NCBI GenBank assembly: GCA_964565945.1
Contig: CAZMGY010000026.1
Span: forward strand, 32,654-64,653
Source of the DNA: an uncultured bacterium
GTDB lineage: Bacteria; GCA-001730085
Length of the DNA stretch: 32,000 nucleotides
Reading direction: 5' to 3'
This document shows positions 27,476 to 32,000 of this stretch, one piece after another. The position numbers were made by a program, and so were the translations under genes. Within the stretch, counting starts at the first letter, position 1; every line of letters starts with the position of its first letter. Below the pieces are notes generated by a model, which was given only the letters and a program-made list of their open reading frames with translations, was not told the DNA's origin and did not search any database.

Positions 27476-28360
27476 ATGAAGCTGGTGAGTGAAAACGTTA
27501 ACATAAATTTTGTAAGCAAAATGAAAGTGGGAATTGTGCTGTCGGGCATTATTTTAGCGATTGGGATGCTGGTCTTTATTTCTCGAGGTGAGCGCAATTT
27601 TGGTATCGACTTCACTGGGGGTATGATGCAACAGGTTCATTTTAATAAACCCACCTCGGCAGATCAGTTGAGAACAGCCTTTAATCGTTTGAATTACGAC
27701 GATGTGTCGTTGCAAGAAGTGCATGAGGGAGATAAATCTATTTTTATTGTTCGCTCTTCGGTGGAACACGGCAAAGATGTGAGAACATCGATGGAAAGGT
27801 TGCATGGAGTTGATCAGATGGAGGTGATGCGCGAAGAAATGGTGGGACCCGCCGTTGGAAAAGATTTGCGTCGGCAAGGCTTTTTGGCCATTCTTTTTGC
27901 TTTGCTGGGTATTTTGATTTATGTGTCGTTTCGTTTTGAGTTCAAGTATGCGGTGGGTGCAATTGGGGCACTTTTTCACGATATTGTGATCACGGTGGGC
28001 GTTTTGTCTTTGTGCCAAGTTGAAGTATCCTTGCAGATTTTGGCCGCCTTGCTAACCATTGTGGGTTATTCTCTTAACGATACAATTGTGGTGTTTGATC
28101 GTATTCGGGAGACACTCAAACTGAATCGAAAAAAAGAAAGTTTTGAAAATGTGATTAATCAAAGTATCAATCAGACGCTTAGCCGTACTTTGCTCACATC
28201 GATCACAACCTTCATTGTGGTTTTTATGCTGTTTCTTTTTGGAGGCGAAGTGATTCGTGACTTTGCTTTGGCCTTGATGATTGGCGTGATTGTGGGAACT
28301 TATTCTTCGGTGTTTGTGGCCACTTCTAGTTTGCGTTACTGGGAACCTGCAACTAATTGA
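27476..28360 (+). CDS. secF: Protein translocase subunit SecF
   Basis: I prefer the ATG at 27476 (GGAG at 27464-27467, 8-nt spacing) over the listed TTG at 27470. GIDFTGG and the conserved block LLTIVGYSLNDTIVVFDRIRE are present. Confidence 0.9.
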   Translation: MKLVSENVNINFVSKMKVGIVLSGIILAIGMLVFISRGERNFGIDFTGGMMQQVHFNKPTSADQLRTAFNRLNYDDVSLQEVHEGDKSIFIVRSSVEHGKDVRTSMERLHGVDQMEVMREEMVGPAVGKDLRRQGFLAILFALLGILIYVSFRFEFKYAVGAIGALFHDIVITVGVLSLCQVEVSLQILAALLTIVGYSLNDTIVVFDRIRETLKLNRKKESFENVINQSINQTLSRTLLTSITTFIVVFMLFLFGGEVIRDFALALMIGVIVGTYSSVFVATSSLRYWEPATN

Positions 28361-30084
28361 GCTTAGTCACAGCGCGGATTCACGATGTTCGGTGGCTTTG
28401 GCCCCTGCTTAGCGAGCATGATCGATGTTTGATCGAAAAGCTGAGTCAGTCCTTGAATTGTTCTCAAACTGTTGCCTCGTTACTTTGGCAACGGGGGCAT
28501 CGTAGCGAGGCTCAAGCGCTAAGTTTTTTAAATCCTCAAAGCTCAGCCTTGCATGATCCGTATCTTTTGGCTGATATGCAGCAGGCGGTGGCGCGTATCC
28601 GTGTAGCCTTGGTTAAGCAAGAAGGTATTTTGATTCATGGAGATTACGATGTCGATGGTGTGACCTCGGCGTCTTTGTTATACCTGGGTCTTAAAGCCTT
28701 AGGTTTTCAAAATCTTGACTTTTTTTTGCCAAACCGCTTAGTTGATGGTTATGGAGTGAGTGAGGTTGCTTTAAACAAAGCGAAAAATGAAGGTTACAGT
28801 TTAGTTATCACCTCCGATTGTGGAATTACGGCGATTGAAACCGTCGAGAAAGCCAATCAATTGGGGCTAGACGTGATTGTGACCGATCACCATGAGCCCA
28901 AAGAAAGCTTGCCTCCTGCGCTGGCTGTGATTAATCCAAAACGTAAGGACTGTCTGTATCCATTCAAAGAATTAGCAGGGGTCGGTGTAGCCTTTAAATT
29001 GCTGCAAGCTTTAGGCGTGAGCGATGATTTTTGGGATTTGGTGGCTTTAGGAACGGTGGCCGATGTGGTGCCTTTGCTTGATGAAAACCGTATTTTTGTG
29101 CATCAAGGGCTTTCTAAGTTAGCCCAAACGTCTAAGGTTGGTTTGCAGGCCTTGCTTGATGTCTGTGGTCTTAAAGATAAAGAAATTAGCAGTGGGCACA
29201 TTGCTTTTCAAATGGCGCCGCGCATCAATGCGATTGGTCGCTTAGGTGATCCCTCGGATGGTTTGCGTATGCTAATTAGGCAGGATGAATCGTTTGCCTA
29301 CAGTGTTGCTCAAAAGCTGGATGATGATAATCAGGAACGTAAAGTAATCGAAAAAAGGATTCTCGACGAAGCTCATGAGATAATTCGCTCTCATGAGCGT
29401 ATCAACAAAGACAAAGTCTTGGTTGTGTATGGCCCTGATTGGCATCAAGGTGTGATTGGCATTGTGGCTTCTCGCTTGGTCGAAGCATATTATAAGCCTG
29501 TTTTGATGATTGCGGCACCGGAGGAGGGGATTTGTAAAGCTTCGTGTCGAAGCATTCCTAATTTTCACCTTTTGTTAGGTTTGGACGCTTGTGCCTCGCT
29601 TTTGGAAGCCTATGGTGGGCATGCCTATGCAGCAGGTTTTTCGATTCGAGAAAATCAGATCGATGCTTTGCAGGAGATGATTAACCGTTATGCCAATCAA
29701 GTCTTAAGTGAGGAACAGATGTGTCGAGAAATTTCGATTGATGCCGAGGTGTCGTTTGAAGATCTATCGCTTGAGTTATACCACGACCTTCAGCATTTGG
29801 CTCCATTTGGTGCTGGTCACGTGACTCCTATTTTTGGAACGCGTGGGGTACATCTTGTGAGCCGTCCATACCTTGTCGGGGGATCTCATTTGCGGTTACA
29901 GGTTGGTGTTGGAAGGGGGCGTTCACTTACTGTTATGGCGTTTCAAATGGGGGATCAATTCGACGATCTGTATGCTACTTTTAGTGCCAAAACGGCTCTC
30001 GATATTGTCTGTCAGATACATCTCAATACTTGGCAAGGGCAGACATCTTTGCAGCTGCATCTTAAAGCTTGGGCAAAGCACTAA
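28357..30084 (+). CDS. recJ: Single-stranded-DNA-specific exonuclease RecJ
   Basis: DHH-family motifs are present: ILIHGDYDVDGVTS, ITSDCGI, VTDHH, and VALGTVADVVPL followed by APRINAIGR. The DHHA1 block GGHAYAAG is also present. The TTG start overlaps the secF TGA. This start is less certain than the gene call. Confidence 0.9.
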   Translation: MSLVTARIHDVRWLWPLLSEHDRCLIEKLSQSLNCSQTVASLLWQRGHRSEAQALSFLNPQSSALHDPYLLADMQQAVARIRVALVKQEGILIHGDYDVDGVTSASLLYLGLKALGFQNLDFFLPNRLVDGYGVSEVALNKAKNEGYSLVITSDCGITAIETVEKANQLGLDVIVTDHHEPKESLPPALAVINPKRKDCLYPFKELAGVGVAFKLLQALGVSDDFWDLVALGTVADVVPLLDENRIFVHQGLSKLAQTSKVGLQALLDVCGLKDKEISSGHIAFQMAPRINAIGRLGDPSDGLRMLIRQDESFAYSVAQKLDDDNQERKVIEKRILDEAHEIIRSHERINKDKVLVVYGPDWHQGVIGIVASRLVEAYYKPVLMIAAPEEGICKASCRSIPNFHLLLGLDACASLLEAYGGHAYAAGFSIRENQIDALQEMINRYANQVLSEEQMCREISIDAEVSFEDLSLELYHDLQHLAPFGAGHVTPIFGTRGVHLVSRPYLVGGSHLRLQVGVGRGRSLTVMAFQMGDQFDDLYATFSAKTALDIVCQIHLNTWQGQTSLQLHLKAWAKH

Positions 30085-30183
30085 ATTACCACGTCGTTTT
30101 TTGCAAAGACTCCTTTCAATGATAAGTTTAAGCAAGACGTCATTAACAAGTATAAAAATGGAGATGATGTATTGTTAGTTGAT

Positions 30184-31109
30184 TTATGCGTTGTAAGCAA
30201 CTTGAATCATTGATAAAAGATTCTTGTTGAGATCATCGACCTTTAACAGGTTGTCGCTAGCTTTATCTGCAGCTGCTAAAGCATCATAGAGAGTTTCTCG
30301 AAGAGGATCAAATTTAAAATTTTGGATGAGAGCGGTATTTTTGTGGACCCATTGCAAGACTTGTAAGTAGCTCTTAGAGATTGCATGATACTCCTCTTTG
30401 ATTAATCCCTCCTCTATTAATCTTTGTAGAGCATCTAGGATTTCCTCCAAAGCTTTAGGATTATGACGCGCTGCCATAAGTAAGGCGTTGGCTTGCACCT
30501 CTGCATAATATCCCGAAACCATGTCGATTCCTGCGCTTGGGTCTGGCGCGTATTGGCCAAGCTTCGCCATATAAAGAGCGACAAGGCCTTCGTATCGTAC
30601 ACCTCGAAGATTTTTAGATAAGCGATACGTGGCTCCAGAGTCATAGTAGCCCGATCAATTTGAGGTGTAATCCTGATAGCGTTACCAATCTTTTCAGTTT
30701 TGTGAGTTGCAATAAAGGGTATCTCTGGCGAGATGATGAACTGAGTAGGTACAATTTCGACTGTTACTTTATCAAGTTGAAGTTCTGTACGCACTAGATC
30801 AATACCAGTATCATTGTACCTAGTATCAATAGTCCCAGCTTTCCGTATATTGCGCGCCTTCTCTTTTGTAGAGTCGCCTGAAAAACCCTCCCAATAAGCT
30901 TCTATAGCCTTTGCCGTGGCTTTAGGAAAACTGGTTTGTCTAGCAGATACTTCCTGCTGACTTACATTTTTGAAATTTTCCTCTGCTTGTCGAAAGGGCA
31001 CATCAACACCTTGAGTTTTTGGAGCCAAACTAAAAAGCACTTGGTTTTGGGTGAAAACGAGCACGCCAGCTAGACCTAAAAATTTTAAGGTTTGAGTTAC
31101 GTGTTTCAC
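30184..31109 (-). pseudogene. Gene for a signal-peptide protein of unknown function, split between two overlapping frames (ORFs 31109..30435 and 30570..30184); frameshifted pseudogene, sequencing error or slippage site
   Basis: The GTG start at 31109-31107 is preceded by AAGGAGA with 8-nt spacing. The N-terminus is signal-like (LKFLGLAGVLVF). The last ~45 codons of the upstream ORF look non-protein-like (W/R/C-rich). The overlapping 128-aa frame looks protein-like and stays open upstream to 30654. One extra A in the A5 run (T5 on the plus strand, 30611-30615) would fuse the two into ~308 aa. Confidence 0.55.
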
Positions 31110-31194
31110 TGTAATTGTCTCCTTTGATTGATATTGATAATATTAATTTGGTTGTCGAAATTCTCATACCCCATACGATATAAAATCAATCAAC

Positions 31195-31205
31195 GGGGGG
31201 GGGGG
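31195..31205. repeat. G11 (C11 on the minus strand) homopolymer tract in the intergenic region
   Basis: I counted eleven consecutive G directly in the sequence. It is the longest homopolymer I found in the window. It lies 86-96 nt upstream of the minus-strand GTG at 31109. Confidence 0.95.
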
Positions 31206-31263
31206 CATCCAAAAATAGAAAACAAAAAATCACAGAAATCCCAACTGCTATTATGGTTTCAAC

Positions 31264-31293
31264 AAAAAAACCTTTTCACCCAATGGGTGAAAA
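31264..31293 (-). terminator. Rho-independent-terminator-like hairpin, read on the minus strand
   Basis: A perfect 9-bp stem, ttttcaccc (31273-31281) / gggtgaaaa (31285-31293), has a 3-nt loop. On the minus strand it is followed, after GG, by T7 (A7 at 31264-31270 on the plus strand). The stem base is A:U-rich and a 2-nt spacer intervenes, so it is not a textbook terminator. Confidence 0.4.
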
Positions 31294-31418
31294 TACCAAA
31301 GGCAATTGATTGTTGGTGAAATCATAATGTTTAAGTGAAAAAATAGTGGTTAAGTGGTTTTTTAGGTTGAAAAAACTATTTTTGTGGTGTTAGTGGTTTT
31401 TGTTTTTGGATTTGGGTA

Positions 31419-31987
31419 CAGGAAAAAGAAGTGTTGCATCTTGCTGGATACGAAGAATCTAAGCCTGTTCGTATCGGTTCGGTAATGTCGCTTATAAGCA
31501 AAAGTAGCACGATATTTATGGTATTTTGGCGGATTTGATTCACTATAGCATCGACACGTATTTTCAAAACTTGGATAACATTGAGGACCTGTGGAGTATT
31601 ATCTATGCGAAGGATCTTCGCTATGTCAGTACGGTGGAACGGACTTGGGAAGAACTTTGCCAAGACCACTTGATGTATCGCTACAACAGCGAAGATGATT
31701 TTGAAATCCCGTCCTCGTCGTTCACGGTGTGTACCTTTTGGATGATCAATAGCTTGTACAAAATAGGTCAGAAGCAAAAAGCGTGTGATATGTTCGAGAA
31801 AGTGCTGGAGTATAGCAAGCATTTGGGCTTGTACAGCGAAGACATTGATTTCAAAACCGAGTGCTTGTTAGGAAACTTCCCTCAGGCCTACAGTCATATA
31901 TTTCTTATCAATACGGCGATTACCTTGTCTCAAGATGAAGATTTGAGAGATCGCGATTGTATTCAGAATCGATATCGCGATTGTTAA
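31419..31987 (+). pseudogene. Decayed remnant of a glycoside hydrolase family 15 (glucoamylase/trehalase-like) gene
   Basis: Family-typical strings occur in two frames. LHLAGYEESKPVRIG (from 31434) is in one frame. NVAYKQK*HDIYGILADLI (31484 onward, TAG at 31505-31507) is in the other. That second frame continues through FTVCTFWM and LGLYSEDID to LGNFPQAYSH near the stop at 31985-31987. The N-terminal ~half of the family is absent upstream. Confidence 0.7.
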
Positions 31988-32000
31988 AATATAAAAAACA

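Noticed and set aside
259-29568. There are many 60-157-aa ORFs, antisense or in alternative frames, nested in the large genes. Examples are 2131..2565 -, 6921..7394 -, 13424..13816 -, 27554..28018 -, 4979..5287 +, 14886..15266 +, 25338..25718 + and 21825..22046 +.
   Set aside because: Each is fully contained in, or overlaps, a gene with strong motif support in another frame. Their translations are compositionally odd (rich in R/C/W/H or low complexity) and they lack SD sequences. I treat them as shadow ORFs.
30085-30183. I searched the convergent gap between recJ and the minus-strand gene for a bidirectional terminator.
   Set aside because: I found only an imperfect long-range pairing (acgtc..gacgt with bulges) and a T6 run not preceded by a stable stem. 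Nothing is convincing.
31128-31319. A 63-aa plus-strand ORF lies in the intergenic region.
   Set aside because: It reads straight through the G11 tract (giving GGG) and the hairpin. It has low-complexity K/Q/I-rich composition and no SD. It is most likely a chance ORF in AT-rich spacer.
31339-31398. An AT-rich inverted repeat, aaaaatagt (31339-31347) / actattttt (31375-31383), and three copies of agtggtt (31345-31351, 31353-31359, 31392-31398).
   Set aside because: The stem is 9 bp of almost pure A:T with a 27-nt loop, so it would be unstable. Heptamer recurrences in 60 bp of low-complexity T/G-rich spacer are not distinguishable from chance by eye.
31376-31822. A 148-aa minus-strand ORF.
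   Set aside because: It lies antisense to the GH15 remnant, which has recognisable family motifs on the plus strand. Its translation has no motif and looks like shadow-frame sequence.
1-32000. I looked for CRISPR arrays, IS elements, transposases, integrases, tRNA or rRNA genes and toxin-antitoxin pairs.
   Set aside because: I noticed no regularly spaced direct repeats, no transposase or integrase-like ORF, no cloverleaf-like or rRNA-like sequence and no small paired ORFs. A covariance-model or repeat-finder scan would be needed to exclude small RNAs formally.

Overview
This 32-kb window is from a bacterial chromosome, roughly 40-42% G+C by eye. I cannot assign a taxon from the sequence alone. 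Bases 1-30084 are one uninterrupted run of plus-strand genes with very short gaps or overlaps. In order they are: the 3' part of smc, an SNF2/DUF3670-type helicase, a 72-aa ORF, a YchJ-like SEC-C protein, uvrA, an orphan 789-aa secreted protein with its own AT-rich upstream region, gltB-gltD-carA-carB, an ABC ATPase, a fused ABC-2/GldG-like permease, a DUF4340 protein, a PP2C phosphatase, secD, secF and recJ. The last 1.9 kb looks different. The strand switches, and a gene for a signal-peptide protein is split between two frames. It also holds a G11 homopolymer, a terminator-like hairpin with no obvious gene to terminate, and a decayed GH15 (glucoamylase-family) remnant. I recognised no rRNA, tRNA, CRISPR array, transposase or integrase. 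I did not find a convincing new multi-gene system, and most of the window is housekeeping. The observations most worth a second look are these: (1) UvrA seems to lack its insertion domain. (2) The orphan secreted protein has a non-SD GTG start, a palindrome over its candidate -10, a T9 run at codons 3-6 and a perfect 21-bp in-frame duplication. (3) The ABC/GldG/DUF4340 module is overlapped by a kinase-less PP2C gene. (4) The homopolymer-associated frame-split gene and the G11 tract sit next to a multi-lesion pseudogene. All homology calls rest on motifs I recognise by eye or from memory. No searches were run.
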